A stretch of 64,000 nt of DNA, taken from positions 4,277 through 68,276 of the forward strand of contig JAFTQC010000069.1 in assembly GCA_017462965.1 (NCBI GenBank), written 5' to 3'. The stretch is from Clostridia bacterium. Lineage in GTDB: Bacteria > Bacillota > Clostridia > TANB77 > UBA1234. This document shows positions 39,899 through 50,032 of the stretch, piece by piece; positions within the stretch are counted from its first letter, which is position 1; every line of letters starts with the position of its first letter. Position numbers and translations under genes: made by a program. Under the pieces are notes generated by a model that saw nothing but the letters and a program-made list of their open reading frames with translations, did not search any database and was not told where the DNA came from.

Positions 39899-40033
39899 GG
39901 ACAATGGACAGTTTTTTGGAAATTGGGACGGTTCCTTTTTCCAAATTTAATTAAAGGATTGCTAATTAAAATATATAGTTGTAAATTTGGAAAAAGGAAC
40001 CGTCCCAATTTCCAAAAAAACTAAAAAGGGTCC
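39899..40033. repeat. 135-bp composite palindromic element (31-bp perfect C-module stem) inserted between the T-box terminator and the pheS RBS
   Basis: ggaaattgggacggttcctttttccaaattt at 39918-39948 and its exact reverse complement at 39984-40014. Outer B-like half-sites ggacaatggacag / gggtcc. Confidence 0.9.
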
Positions 40034-40065
40034 TTTTTTCAAAATCAATTAAGGAGGAATTGTAG

Positions 40066-41121
40066 ATGCAAGAGAAAATTAATGGTTTGCTTGAAGAGCT
40101 TGCGAAGGCTTTTGCGGATGTTAAGACGATGCAAGAGCTAAATGATTTAAAGGTTCAGTATCAAGGTAAGAAAGGTATTATTACTGAGCTTAGTGCGGGT
40201 ATTAAAGATGTGCCTAATGAAGAAAAGAAAGAATATGGTATGCATGTTAATACTTTGAGAGTGGCTTTTAATGATGCGTATGATAAAAATAAGACAAGAT
40301 TAGAAGAAGAGCTTGTTAATAAGAAGCTTAAGGAGGAAACTATTGATATTTCGCTTCCTTCTGTTAAAAATATGAGAGGTTCTAAGCATCCTTTTAACAG
40401 AATTATCGAAGAAGTTGAAGATTTGTTCGTTTCTATGGGATATGATGTTGTTGATGGTCCTGAGCTTGAAGATGATGAGCATTGTTTCAGACTTTTGAAT
40501 TATACTGTTGGTCATCCTGCAAGAGATGCGCAAGATACTTTCTATATTGATGAAGAGTATTTGCTTCGTACACAAACTTCGTCTTCTCAATCAAGGGTAA
40601 TGCAAGCGAATACTGAAAAATCTCCAATTAGAGTTATTTGTCCTGGTAAGACTTATAGAAGAGATGATGATGCTACTCACTCTCATCAATTCGGTCAAGT
40701 TGAAGGATTAGTTATCGATAAAAATATTTCACTTGCTGATCTTAAGGGAACTCTTGAGATTTTCGCGAAGAAATTGTTGGGTGAAGAAACTAAAGTTCGT
40801 TTCAGACCAAGTTATTTCCCATTCACATCACCATCTTGTGAAGTTGATGTAACTTGCTTTAAATGTGGTGGTAAAGGTTGTCCACTTTGTAAGAAAACTG
40901 GTTGGATTGAGCTTTTAGGCGCTGGTATGGTTCATCCAAATGTATTAAAAATGGGTGGATATGATCCTGATGAATTTACTGGATTTGCTTTCGGTACAGG
41001 TCTTGATAGACTTGCGATGTTTAAATATGCAATTCCTGATATTAGATATATGTATGGAAATGACATCAGATTCTTAAGACAATTTGATAGAAAGGATGAA
41101 GAGTATGAAATTAAGTATTAA
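40066..41121 (+). CDS. pheS: phenylalanine--tRNA ligase alpha subunit
   Basis: Class II aaRS motifs (FRPSYFPFTSPS.., GAGMVHPNVL, GFAFGTGLDRLAM). Confidence 0.95.
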   Translation: MQEKINGLLEELAKAFADVKTMQELNDLKVQYQGKKGIITELSAGIKDVPNEEKKEYGMHVNTLRVAFNDAYDKNKTRLEEELVNKKLKEETIDISLPSVKNMRGSKHPFNRIIEEVEDLFVSMGYDVVDGPELEDDEHCFRLLNYTVGHPARDAQDTFYIDEEYLLRTQTSSSQSRVMQANTEKSPIRVICPGKTYRRDDDATHSHQFGQVEGLVIDKNISLADLKGTLEIFAKKLLGEETKVRFRPSYFPFTSPSCEVDVTCFKCGGKGCPLCKKTGWIELLGAGMVHPNVLKMGGYDPDEFTGFAFGTGLDRLAMFKYAIPDIRYMYGNDIRFLRQFDRKDEEYEIKY

Positions 41122-43471
41122 TTTTTTAAAAGATTATATAGATGTTCCTGTGGATGCTGTTACTCTTGGCGAAGATATGACTAACGTAGGAAATGAGTAC
41201 GATAGTGCGGGGCCTTTACTTAAAGTTAGTGGCCTAACTATTGGTAAAATACTTGAGTGTAAAGATCATCCTAATTCTGATCATTTACATCTTTGCAAGG
41301 TTGATATTGGAACAGAGATTTTAAATGTAGTTTGCGGTGCTCCAAATGCACGTGAAGGTATCAAAGTAATTGTTGCATTAGTTGGTGCTGAGCTTCCTGG
41401 TGGAACTATTAAAAAAGGTAAAATTAGGGGCGAAGAGTCTTGTGGAATGCTTTGCTCTGTTGAAGAACTTGGTCTTGAACATAAATATTTGAAACCTGAA
41501 GATGTTGAAGGTATTGCTGAACTTGGCGAGGATGCGGTTGTTGGTGAGGATCCTATCAAGTATTTAGAAATGGATGATGAAGTTGTTGATTTTGAACTTA
41601 CAGCTAACAGAGGAGATTTGCTAAGTATTTTAGGTATGGCTTATGAGATTTCTGCATTATATGATTTACCTATGAAGAATATCGAAGTTGAATATAAAGA
41701 AACTTCTGATGATTTCGCGAAGAAATTTAATTTAGAAATTGAAACAGAAAATTGTTCTTTATTCTATGCAAAGAAAGTTGAAAATGTAGTGATTAAAGAA
41801 AGTCCAACATGGATGAAAAATAGACTTATTGCTTCTGGTATTAGACCAATCAATAACGTTGTTGATATAAGTAACTATGTAATGCTAGAAGTTGGTCAAC
41901 CACTTCATTATTATGATGCTGATAGACTTGGTGATACTTTAAAAGTTAGAATGGCTGCAAATGGTGAAAAGCTTACAACACTTGATGAGCAAGAAAGAGA
42001 ATTATCTGAGAATGATATTGTAATTGCTGATAAAGAAAAAGCAATTGGTCTTGCCGGTGTTATGGGTGGTCTTTCAACTGAAGTTGAAATGGATACAAAA
42101 AATATTGTAATTGAATCAGCGATATTTAATCCTGTTAAAGTAAGACTTACTTCTAAGAAAATTTTAAGAAGTGAAGCTAGTAACAGATTTGAAAAAGGTT
42201 TGGATCCAAAGAAAACTTTACTTGCTATCGAGAGAAGTTGTCACTTGCTAGAAAAATATGCTGATGCTACTGTTGTTGGTGGAATGGCTGTTTATGATAA
42301 AGCTGAAAAAGAAGACAGAGTAATCGATGTTACATATACAAAGATTAGAGATGTTCTTGGAATCGATATTCCAAATGAGAAAATATTGGATATTTTAAGA
42401 AGACTTCGTCTTGAAACAAAAGTTGATGGAGATATGTTACATGTAAGTGTTCCATCAAGAAGACTTGATCTTCAAATTAAGGAAGATATTATTCATGATA
42501 TTGGACGTTATTATGGTATGGATAACATACAAGGTAAGAAGATGATTCTTCCTGTAATTCCAGGACATTATGATAAGTTCAAGAGAGCTGCTAGAAATAA
42601 GATGGTTGAGCTTGGATTAAATGAAACATTGAGTTATGCATTAATTCCAGAAGCTGAAGTTCAAAAATATTCAACAGATACTTTTGAAACAGTTAAGATA
42701 TTAGATCCAATGACAGAAGAAAGAAACGCTTTGCGTAACAGTTTATTGCCATCATTAAAAATGGTTTACGATTATAATAAAGCTAGAAATGAAAAAGATA
42801 TTTCTATTTTTGAAATCGGAAAGAGCTTTCATAAAAAAGACGGAAGTTATGGTGAGCATTTATCAATAGCTGCGCTTATGACAGGTGTTTATACTGTTGG
42901 TCTTGAGAAAAAAGTTGTTGATTTCTACGTAGCTAAAGGAATCATGGAAGAATTACTTGATCACCTTGGATTTGCTGGAAGATATGCATTAGAAGTAAAT
43001 GATTTGCCAAAAGAATTGCATCCAGGTCAAGCAGCAAGCATAATTGTAGATGGAGAAAAAGTTGGTGTAATTGGAAAGATACATCCAAACATTGCATCAA
43101 AAGAAAATATCTATGTTTTAGAAATTAATTTAGAGAAATTATCAGAAATGAAGCATGAAGGAATGAAATATAAAGAAATTTCAAAATTCCCAAATGTAGC
43201 TAAAGACGTAGCATTCATAGTAGATAATGAAACTAAATCAGAGGATATAGAAAAAGTAATTAGAAAGAGCGCAGGAAAGAGATTAATTTCACTTAAAGTA
43301 TTTGATGTTTATACAGGAGCAAATTTAGGTGAAAACAAGAAATCAATCGCGTATACGTTGACATTTAATGATCCTGAAAAGACATTAAGTGATGAAGAGG
43401 TACTTACGGTATTTAATAAGGTTATTGAAAAAGTAACAAACGAGTGTAATGCAAGTGTAAGAGATTCTTAA
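41105..43471 (+). CDS. pheT: phenylalanine--tRNA ligase beta subunit
   Basis: About 790 aa. tRNA-binding N-domain, B3/B4 and B5 regions, FDVY..G C-terminal FDX-ACB domain. Overlaps the pheS stop. Confidence 0.9.
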   Translation: MKLSINFLKDYIDVPVDAVTLGEDMTNVGNEYDSAGPLLKVSGLTIGKILECKDHPNSDHLHLCKVDIGTEILNVVCGAPNAREGIKVIVALVGAELPGGTIKKGKIRGEESCGMLCSVEELGLEHKYLKPEDVEGIAELGEDAVVGEDPIKYLEMDDEVVDFELTANRGDLLSILGMAYEISALYDLPMKNIEVEYKETSDDFAKKFNLEIETENCSLFYAKKVENVVIKESPTWMKNRLIASGIRPINNVVDISNYVMLEVGQPLHYYDADRLGDTLKVRMAANGEKLTTLDEQERELSENDIVIADKEKAIGLAGVMGGLSTEVEMDTKNIVIESAIFNPVKVRLTSKKILRSEASNRFEKGLDPKKTLLAIERSCHLLEKYADATVVGGMAVYDKAEKEDRVIDVTYTKIRDVLGIDIPNEKILDILRRLRLETKVDGDMLHVSVPSRRLDLQIKEDIIHDIGRYYGMDNIQGKKMILPVIPGHYDKFKRAARNKMVELGLNETLSYALIPEAEVQKYSTDTFETVKILDPMTEERNALRNSLLPSLKMVYDYNKARNEKDISIFEIGKSFHKKDGSYGEHLSIAALMTGVYTVGLEKKVVDFYVAKGIMEELLDHLGFAGRYALEVNDLPKELHPGQAASIIVDGEKVGVIGKIHPNIASKENIYVLEINLEKLSEMKHEGMKYKEISKFPNVAKDVAFIVDNETKSEDIEKVIRKSAGKRLISLKVFDVYTGANLGENKKSIAYTLTFNDPEKTLSDEEVLTVFNKVIEKVTNECNASVRDS

Positions 43472-43473
43472 TA

Positions 43474-43530
43474 GCAAGAGGGACGCCCCTTTTTGTGAAA
43501 ATTTTTCACAAAAAGGGGCGTCCCTCTTGC
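43474..43530. repeat. 57-bp perfect A-variant palindrome (gcaagagggacgcccctttttgtgaaaa / ttttcacaaaaaggggcgtccctcttgc) immediately after pheT
   Basis: Exact reverse-complement arms. Acts as the pheT terminator structure. Confidence 0.9.
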
Positions 43531-43583
43531 TAAAAAAACCACCCCATACCCAATTGTATGAGGTGGAGAGATGGTTGTGTGTG

Positions 43584-44066
43584 TTACATGCTGAATTTGT
43601 CGTAGCGCCATACGCAAGCCCAGACGTCCTGTGGTGCTTCGAAAGTGCATTGTCCCAAAATGTCGATAGCTTGCTTGATGAAAGCCTCCTTGAAGACATC
43701 GCGCAGCTTCGGGTTCCAGAAAAAGAGATTCATGACGGGAGTCTCATACTGGATTCGAACTTTTTTGCACATGACCAAAAAGGAGGTTTGCAGCCACCGA
43801 ATAGAGACGTTGGTCAGTTCGGTCTCGTCAGGGAATTCCTTTTGGAGCGCGCTCAGAATGGTCTGGATGGAACGTTTTGCAACGGCCTGAGCAGCAGCTT
43901 CGATACGTTCTTGACGCATGAAGAACGTGACAAAGTTGAGCGTGTTTTGGGCACTGTCACAATAGGTGATGTCGGCATACCTTGATGCAATGTAGTCAAA
44001 GATTGCCACAGCTTTCGCCTGCACCTTTGTGAGTTCCAGTTCCTTTTTTACTTCATTTCTGTTCAT
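43584..44066 (-). CDS. GC-rich hypothetical protein (160 aa)
   Basis: Convergent with pheT. Own hairpin terminator about 43539-43568 preceded by an A-run on the plus strand. Confidence 0.5.
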   Translation of the reverse strand: MNRNEVKKELELTKVQAKAVAIFDYIASRYADITYCDSAQNTLNFVTFFMRQERIEAAAQAVAKRSIQTILSALQKEFPDETELTNVSIRWLQTSFLVMCKKVRIQYETPVMNLFFWNPKLRDVFKEAFIKQAIDILGQCTFEAPQDVWACVWRYDKFSM

Positions 44067-44440
44067 CTCTGATTTTCTCCTTCCTAAAATACGTGGTTTG
44101 CAGGTTTTGAATCGGTGTGCGTTCTTTTGTGTTTTAATCTATGTCCAAATTGCCAAACTTCCACTTAGGAAGAAATGACAAGAAAACTTGTATACATAAT
44201 ATTATAATATAAAACTTGAAAATGAGCAACATATGGGGGTTCAAGTTGAATATATTTGATTGAAAATAATATAAAAGGATGATATACTCGCATTTGTAAG
44301 TAAAGTCTATGATTTTGTGCGAATTGATGCAAATTATAGGCAAAATACAGAAAATGAAGGGAGGATAATTCCGAGATAAATTGTTACGCGACGTGAAGGC
44401 TGTATTCAAAGACGACATAACAATGAAAGGATGAGTGATC

Positions 44441-45778
44441 ATGAAGTTACGCCTTGAAGTTTCTCTGTTGGACGCTTTTGGTGATAGCGAGTTCCTAAAA
44501 CGGATGAATGCATTTAATGCACAGGTGGAACTTGATAGTAAGAAGGGAATCCTTCAAGTATCGAATCTTGATGCTTCTGAGTTCGATGAGATTGTGGAGT
44601 ATATCAAGGGAACATTTAAGGTTCGTAGGGTCGAGATGATTCCTGATGAGCGGAAAGAGCCGTCCACGGTTAAGGTGATGAGTGAGGATGCTATGGAAAA
44701 GAATAGTAAGCCTCAACAAATTGAATTTCCCAGAGCGGAATTCAGTCACAAGCTTATTGAGGAACGTGTGAACAAGTTCCTTCAGGTTGCTGGAATGGCT
44801 ATCAATCGTAACAATGCTGAAGCAAAGTCGATTGCAAGTTTTATTTCTACGGCCATCTGTGAGCTGGCAATGATGTATCATCCGCATCCTTTGGTGGATA
44901 TCAAGGTTGGTGACATAGTTACTTGTAACTATGGTTATCATATGCCTGGTGAGGTTAGCGGCCGGTATGTGCATTCGGTTGTTTGTGCGATTGACGACAG
45001 TCTTGCGTATGTTGTGCCGATTACGAAGGACGCTCGTGACGATGGTGGGGTGAAATTTCTTTCATTCTACAGCGTATATGACGTGACTTATACTGACCCG
45101 ATGTGTAAGGATTACGCTGGTGGTTCCATGCTTTTACAGCATGGCAGGTGGCTGTGTCGTGAACGAATTTCTGGTGTTGTGGGGTATGCGCATCCTCGCT
45201 TCATGAGTGAAATTCTCAGGATTTTGCCAGGGACGTTGTACTTTGCGTATGACGGCTATGAGCAGGTAGAAGAGGATGTATCTGCCGACGACGAACCGGA
45301 TGATTTCGATATTACCGAAATGGAAATTCCGGAACTTCCATTTCTTGATGATGAATCGCCGGAAGTGGAAGCCAAAGAAGTTGCAGTAGAAGAGGTAGAT
45401 GTTCCGAAGTGTTTGAAAAACAGTTCATTGGAAACAGCTCTCTACAAGAAATTTACAGAAGGTCTTAGTCGCATGACCAAGGACATGTCGCTGGATTACA
45501 ACATTAATTTCTTCTGTGAAGCTCTTGGACTTCCGGCTGACGAAGGCCTGCTTCGTGCTGCACTTAAGATTGTAGCTGACATGGAGAAGGTTTCTCAAAT
45601 TTCCATCAAGGCAATTGTTTCTAAGTTTTCTTTGTTTCACGAGACTCTGGAGCAGCAACTGCAGGAAATTTGGAAAGGATGGCTTGCTAAGCATCCGGAA
45701 ATCAAGGAAGAATATCCGCATGCCAGCTTCTCGTCGATTTGCAGGTTTTTCTTCAAACTTGTCACAATTGAAAAATAA
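44441..45778 (+). CDS. GC-rich hypothetical protein (445 aa), central segment weakly MazF/PemK-barrel-like, acidic linker
   Basis: Divergent from the 160-aa gene. VGDIVTCNYGYHMPGEVSGRYVHSVVCAIDDSLAYVVPITKD has a weak resemblance to Kid/PemK/MazF GDIxxVDF...RPxVVVS..VxPxT. Confidence 0.5.
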   Translation: MKLRLEVSLLDAFGDSEFLKRMNAFNAQVELDSKKGILQVSNLDASEFDEIVEYIKGTFKVRRVEMIPDERKEPSTVKVMSEDAMEKNSKPQQIEFPRAEFSHKLIEERVNKFLQVAGMAINRNNAEAKSIASFISTAICELAMMYHPHPLVDIKVGDIVTCNYGYHMPGEVSGRYVHSVVCAIDDSLAYVVPITKDARDDGGVKFLSFYSVYDVTYTDPMCKDYAGGSMLLQHGRWLCRERISGVVGYAHPRFMSEILRILPGTLYFAYDGYEQVEEDVSADDEPDDFDITEMEIPELPFLDDESPEVEAKEVAVEEVDVPKCLKNSSLETALYKKFTEGLSRMTKDMSLDYNINFFCEALGLPADEGLLRAALKIVADMEKVSQISIKAIVSKFSLFHETLEQQLQEIWKGWLAKHPEIKEEYPHASFSSICRFFFKLVTIEK

Positions 45779-45839
45779 TTCTACAATCTGTATTTTGCAA
45801 CAAAAGGCTCCCTATGCTATAGGGAGCCTAATTTTTATT

Positions 45840-46538
45840 TTAATTACCAATATATGTTCTTAAAGAATCAACATCAACAAAATATTTTTTAGGATTTGTT
45901 GGATCTAAGTACACATCAACAGTTTCTACAGCGTTGGTATCTACAATTGCTTTAACATTAAACCAAACATTACCACTTTCGAAAACTAATGTCTTGCCCG
46001 TTGAAGGATCAATAGCCGAAGCACTTAATCTATATGGATTCCTTCCATTTACAGCATAAGCTGTATTAAGAGTTACGTCATTTATTTTTGCATGAAGTAA
46101 AGTTCCGGTAGCCTTTAGTGTTTTGGCATTTGAACTGCTTTTAACTTTACTAATTATCATTACAATACCAATTACAAAAAACAGACCGCCCATACCGGAA
46201 AAGATTAGACCGATGAAACCTGTGCCACTACCTCTGAAATCATGAGGGTTTTGAGGATCATAATAAACAGTAGTAGTACCGCCTTCACGCATAGAAGAAG
46301 TGTATGTATCAAGTTTTCCGCCGTATCTTTCGCCGTCAACCATAAATTCTACTAAAACATCGTGTGTTGTGTCACCGTCGCTATCATACCCAACACGGAT
46401 ATCTGTAATTTCAGCTTCAATACTTTTCGCCGTTTCCATAAATTTAGTATTGCTTGAATGAACAAATAAGCCAACAACAAGAAAAATTGCACCAACAAAG
46501 GCAAAAATAAAAGCCCCAAACATTTCAGATTTATTCAT
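45840..46538 (-). CDS. DUF3592-like membrane protein
   Basis: N-terminal TM, beta-rich middle, second TM (GFIGLIFSGMGGLFFVIGIVMII). Confidence 0.55.
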   Translation of the reverse strand: MNKSEMFGAFIFAFVGAIFLVVGLFVHSSNTKFMETAKSIEAEITDIRVGYDSDGDTTHDVLVEFMVDGERYGGKLDTYTSSMREGGTTTVYYDPQNPHDFRGSGTGFIGLIFSGMGGLFFVIGIVMIISKVKSSSNAKTLKATGTLLHAKINDVTLNTAYAVNGRNPYRLSASAIDPSTGKTLVFESGNVWFNVKAIVDTNAVETVDVYLDPTNPKKYFVDVDSLRTYIGN

Positions 46539-46648
46539 AAAAATCCCCCTTCAAATATTATAAAAATCTAAATCTCTACTCATTATTTTAAAATACTAAA
46601 AAATTCGAGTCAAGAATTTTATATTAAGTACATTGCAACGACTCTTGT

Positions 46649-46680
46649 TCGTCCATTTAATGGACGTCCCTCGTGGACGA
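46649..46680. repeat. D-module element (tcgtccatttaatggacgtccctcgtggacga), inverse copy of 4214-4243
   Basis: Reverse complement of 4212-4243 with a single mismatch. Confidence 0.85.
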
Positions 46681-46777
46681 AAAGAATGTGAGAAAAATTT
46701 TTGAATTTGAGAGAACTTTTATATTTTCTTGTCGTCTAAATAAATATAGTTTATGATTTTGGTAGGGGGGAATGTAT

Positions 46778-48571
46778 ATGAAAAACAAGAAAAGGATAAT
46801 AATAATTATTTGTGTAATTATAGTTGTTATAGCGTCTGTTGGCGGCGTAATGTGGTTTATGAACGAAAATACTAATAAGCCTGTTACTGGTCAAAATGGT
46901 GATGGAGAGAAAGTTGTAAAAGTAGATGACTGGAAGTATGATGGAAAACCGCTTTCTTCAGAAGGTTTCTTGAGTGGCATTTTCGGTTCGGTGGCTACTA
47001 ATAGTGCGGCTCAAAGCATGGCGCCAACGGGTGGAGTTATGATGGAGAGTGTTGCAATGGATTCAGCTGCAAATTTAGGATTTTCAGTTGGTGGTGCAAA
47101 GGATATTAATAACTTTAGAGAAAATATTAAAGAAGGTTATTTTCCAATTTCTACAGATATAACATATAATGGACTTTTTTATGATTATACGTTTGACACT
47201 GGAATGGTGAATGAATCAGAAGATTTATTTTCACCATCTTATTCGATTGCAATTTCAAAAGATCCAATATCAAACCAAAAAGAATATTATATGACGGTTG
47301 GACTTAATTCAAATATTAAGGAAAGTGATTTTGCAAGAAAGAAACTTAATTTGGTTGTTGTCTTAGATATTTCAGGTTCAATGACGTCTAGCTTAGGAGA
47401 TTATTACTATGATAATCCATTTAAATTGGGAGAAAACAAATCTAAAATGGAAGCTGCGAATGAAGCTGTAAATATATTGATAGATCAATTAAAAGATGAT
47501 GATAGATTTGGTATGATTCTATTTGATAATGCAGCGTATATGGGAAAAGAACTTAGTTTAGTTGCTGAAACTGATATGGAGGCAATAAAAGAACATATAT
47601 TAGAAATTCAGGCTCAAGGTGGTACGAACTTTGATGCGGGATATACAGAAGCTACTAAGTTATTTGATGATTTGAAAGATGTAGACAGTGATGAATATGA
47701 AAATAGAATTATTGTGATTACAGACGCTATGCCTAACCTTGGAAATACATCAAAAGATGGATTGTTAGCTGATATAAAAGATAATGCGGATGAAGGTATT
47801 AATACGACTTTTATAGGTGTTGGTGTTGATTTTAATACAAATCTTATTGAAGCATTATCAGATGTTAAGGGTGCTAACTATTATTCTGTGCATACAGTAG
47901 ATGAATTTGAAGAGAGAATGGGTGAACAATTTGATTTTATGGTTACTCCATTAGTATTTGATTTAGAATTAAATCTAGAATCTGAAGATTATGAAATTGC
48001 TACTGTTTATGGTTCAGATACTGTAAATAAAGAAGATGGAAGTATAATGAAGGTTAATACGTTGTTCCCTTCAAAATCTGTAGACGGAGAAGTTAAAGGT
48101 GGAGTTGTTCTTTTAAAATTAAATAAGATAAGCGACAAAGAAGATGGCGTATTAAAGCTAAGTGTTGCATACAAAGATAGAAATGGAACAAGCCATGCAA
48201 ATTCGCAAGAAGTTAATTTTATAGATAACGAAGAAGAACATTATGCAAATACAGGAATTAGAAAAGCTATTGCATTAACAAGATATGCAAACACAATTAA
48301 AAACTGGATTTTGTATGAGAGAAGTGAAGAACCAAGATTTTTAATTTTACCTGTAAGTGGTATTGTTGATTGTAACTGTACGGTTGAGGAAGTTAGAATT
48401 ATGCTTGGAGAGCATGAAAGAATGTCTGTTAATTTAAGTGTAAGTGATGAATATAAAACTACTTTTGGTCAATTGAAAACATATTTAGAAACGGAAATTG
48501 ATCAAATTGGAGATGACACAATGAAACAAGAAATTAAAATTTTAGACCAATTAATCGAACATAAAAATTAA
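46778..48571 (+). CDS. von Willebrand factor type A (VWA) domain protein, membrane-anchored
   Basis: MIDAS motif LVVVLDISGSM.S, then ..GGTNF and ..ITDAMPNLG. RBS agggggg 8 nt upstream of the ATG at 46778. Confidence 0.75.
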   Translation: MKNKKRIIIIICVIIVVIASVGGVMWFMNENTNKPVTGQNGDGEKVVKVDDWKYDGKPLSSEGFLSGIFGSVATNSAAQSMAPTGGVMMESVAMDSAANLGFSVGGAKDINNFRENIKEGYFPISTDITYNGLFYDYTFDTGMVNESEDLFSPSYSIAISKDPISNQKEYYMTVGLNSNIKESDFARKKLNLVVVLDISGSMTSSLGDYYYDNPFKLGENKSKMEAANEAVNILIDQLKDDDRFGMILFDNAAYMGKELSLVAETDMEAIKEHILEIQAQGGTNFDAGYTEATKLFDDLKDVDSDEYENRIIVITDAMPNLGNTSKDGLLADIKDNADEGINTTFIGVGVDFNTNLIEALSDVKGANYYSVHTVDEFEERMGEQFDFMVTPLVFDLELNLESEDYEIATVYGSDTVNKEDGSIMKVNTLFPSKSVDGEVKGGVVLLKLNKISDKEDGVLKLSVAYKDRNGTSHANSQEVNFIDNEEEHYANTGIRKAIALTRYANTIKNWILYERSEEPRFLILPVSGIVDCNCTVEEVRIMLGEHERMSVNLSVSDEYKTTFGQLKTYLETEIDQIGDDTMKQEIKILDQLIEHKN

Positions 48572-48719
48572 AAAAATATGACTCTGATGAAATCGTATTT
48601 CATTGGAGTCTTTTTTTGAGAGGTATACATAAGTTGACAATTCCTTCCAAAAGTTGTAAAATATATATATGTTTGGCATGTATTAGTGTATTTTCGAAAG
48701 AAAAAGGAGGCGGATTGTT

Positions 48720-49418
48720 ATGAATGAAGAAATAAATCCAATAGAAATGCAAGAAGTTAAAACAGATATATCAAATATTTTACAAAGAGTATTTGGTATG
48801 ATGATGGGTGGATTACTTGTAACAAGCATTACATCGTTTATAGTATTAAGTAATTTAAATCTGTTACTATTTATAGCAGACACAATTTTGCTTTGGTTAA
48901 TTGCAGAATTAATTATCGTTTTCTACTTGAGTGCCAGAATAACTAAGGTTGGAGCTGGAACAGGTATCTTTGCTTTTATGTTGTATGCAATAGTAAATGG
49001 TATCACGTTATCTCCAATTATACTTATGTACACGTATGCATCGGTTGGAGCAGTCTTTCTCGTAACTGCAGGCATGTTTGGTGGTGCAGCATTATATGGT
49101 AAATTTACGAAAAAAGATTTAACGAAGGCTGGTTCATTCTTTATGATGGCTCTTATAGGATTAATAATTGCAGGAATTGTTGACATATTTATAATGAATG
49201 ATATGTTCAGTTTTATTGTTTCAATTGTAGGAATTATCGTATTTGTTGGGCTTACTGCATACGATGTTCAGAAAATTAGAGGTTATGCCGAGATAATGGC
49301 TACGCAAGATGACGAGAATATCACAAAATTAGTAGTTATGGGAGCACTTTCGTTATATCTAGATTTTATAAATATATTTCTAAAATTGTTAAGTTTAATG
49401 GGAAAGAGAAGAGATTAA
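48720..49418 (+). CDS. Bax inhibitor-1/YccA family membrane protein
   Basis: Seven TM segments. C-terminal YDVQKIRGY signature of the BI-1/TMBIM family. Confidence 0.75.
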   Translation: MNEEINPIEMQEVKTDISNILQRVFGMMMGGLLVTSITSFIVLSNLNLLLFIADTILLWLIAELIIVFYLSARITKVGAGTGIFAFMLYAIVNGITLSPIILMYTYASVGAVFLVTAGMFGGAALYGKFTKKDLTKAGSFFMMALIGLIIAGIVDIFIMNDMFSFIVSIVGIIVFVGLTAYDVQKIRGYAEIMATQDDENITKLVVMGALSLYLDFINIFLKLLSLMGKRRD

Positions 49419-49435
49419 TAAATAGAAAAAATGAG

Positions 49436-49475
49436 AAACCTGTGAGTCGCAAAAGCGGTCTCACAGGTTTTTTGT
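49436..49475. terminator. bidirectional terminator between the BI-1-family gene and the HD-domain gene
   Basis: aacctgtgagtcgcaaaagcggtctcacaggtt hairpin plus tttttt. Confidence 0.75.
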
Positions 49476-49477
49476 TC

Positions 49478-50032
49478 TCATGCCAACTCCGCAATGCGGG
49501 AGATGGCGGTCTCGATACGTTCATTGATGCCAGCCAGATTCTCATCAGAGCGAATCGTGCCGGCATCATCGGCCTCGTGAAGCATCATCACCTCATGAAT
49601 GAACGCGTCATCCACTTCGATTTCGATGCCAGCCTTCTTCAGGGCCTTCTGACAGAGCTTCGGAACCACGGTATCCGTCTCGTCCTTGTTGATCACGTTG
49701 TAGGGCGTCATGTGGCACAGAATCAGTGCCTTGACGCGCTCGTAACGCGCATCATCGGGAGTCAGGAACTGGCTCAGCTCTTCATCAGTCACCTTTTCGT
49801 GGCCATAGAAGCAGGGCTGATTGATCTTGTTGTATCCCTGTGTACGCGGCTTCGCAATGTCATGCAGGCAGGCTGCGATGAGCATAGCAGAATCAGTAGT
49901 TCTTTTCGCCATCTCGTCGATCACAAGGAGACAGTGCTCCTTGAAATTCTCGAGGTGATACTTACTTACGTGCGGAAGATCTTTATGGTCGTCGAAGAAA
50001 CGAAGAAGAGCAGAAGCGTTGAACATGTACAT
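49478..50032 (-). CDS. HD-domain phosphohydrolase
   Basis: HD motif ACLHDIAKP, ..HE... downstream. Noticeably GC-rich relative to flanks. Shares the bidirectional terminator 49438-49475. Confidence 0.7.
   Translation of the reverse strand: MYMFNASALLRFFDDHKDLPHVSKYHLENFKEHCLLVIDEMAKRTTDSAMLIAACLHDIAKPRTQGYNKINQPCFYGHEKVTDEELSQFLTPDDARYERVKALILCHMTPYNVINKDETDTVVPKLCQKALKKAGIEIEVDDAFIHEVMMLHEADDAGTIRSDENLAGINERIETAISRIAELA

Noticed and set aside
39694-40024. Two overlapping ORFs (39694-40008 minus, 39836-40024 plus)
   Set aside because: They lie on the T-box leader and the 135-bp palindromic element. They arise from the element's symmetry, not from coding DNA.
4789-43530. Possibility that the recurring palindromes form a CRISPR array
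   Set aside because: Copies are dispersed over 40 kb with irregular spacing. They are themselves hairpins of varying length, and no cas genes are present.
43527-43985. Antisense ORFs 43527-43985 and 43645-43890 within the GC-rich 160-aa gene
   Set aside because: Same high-GC artefact. The minus-strand frame has a terminator and start context.
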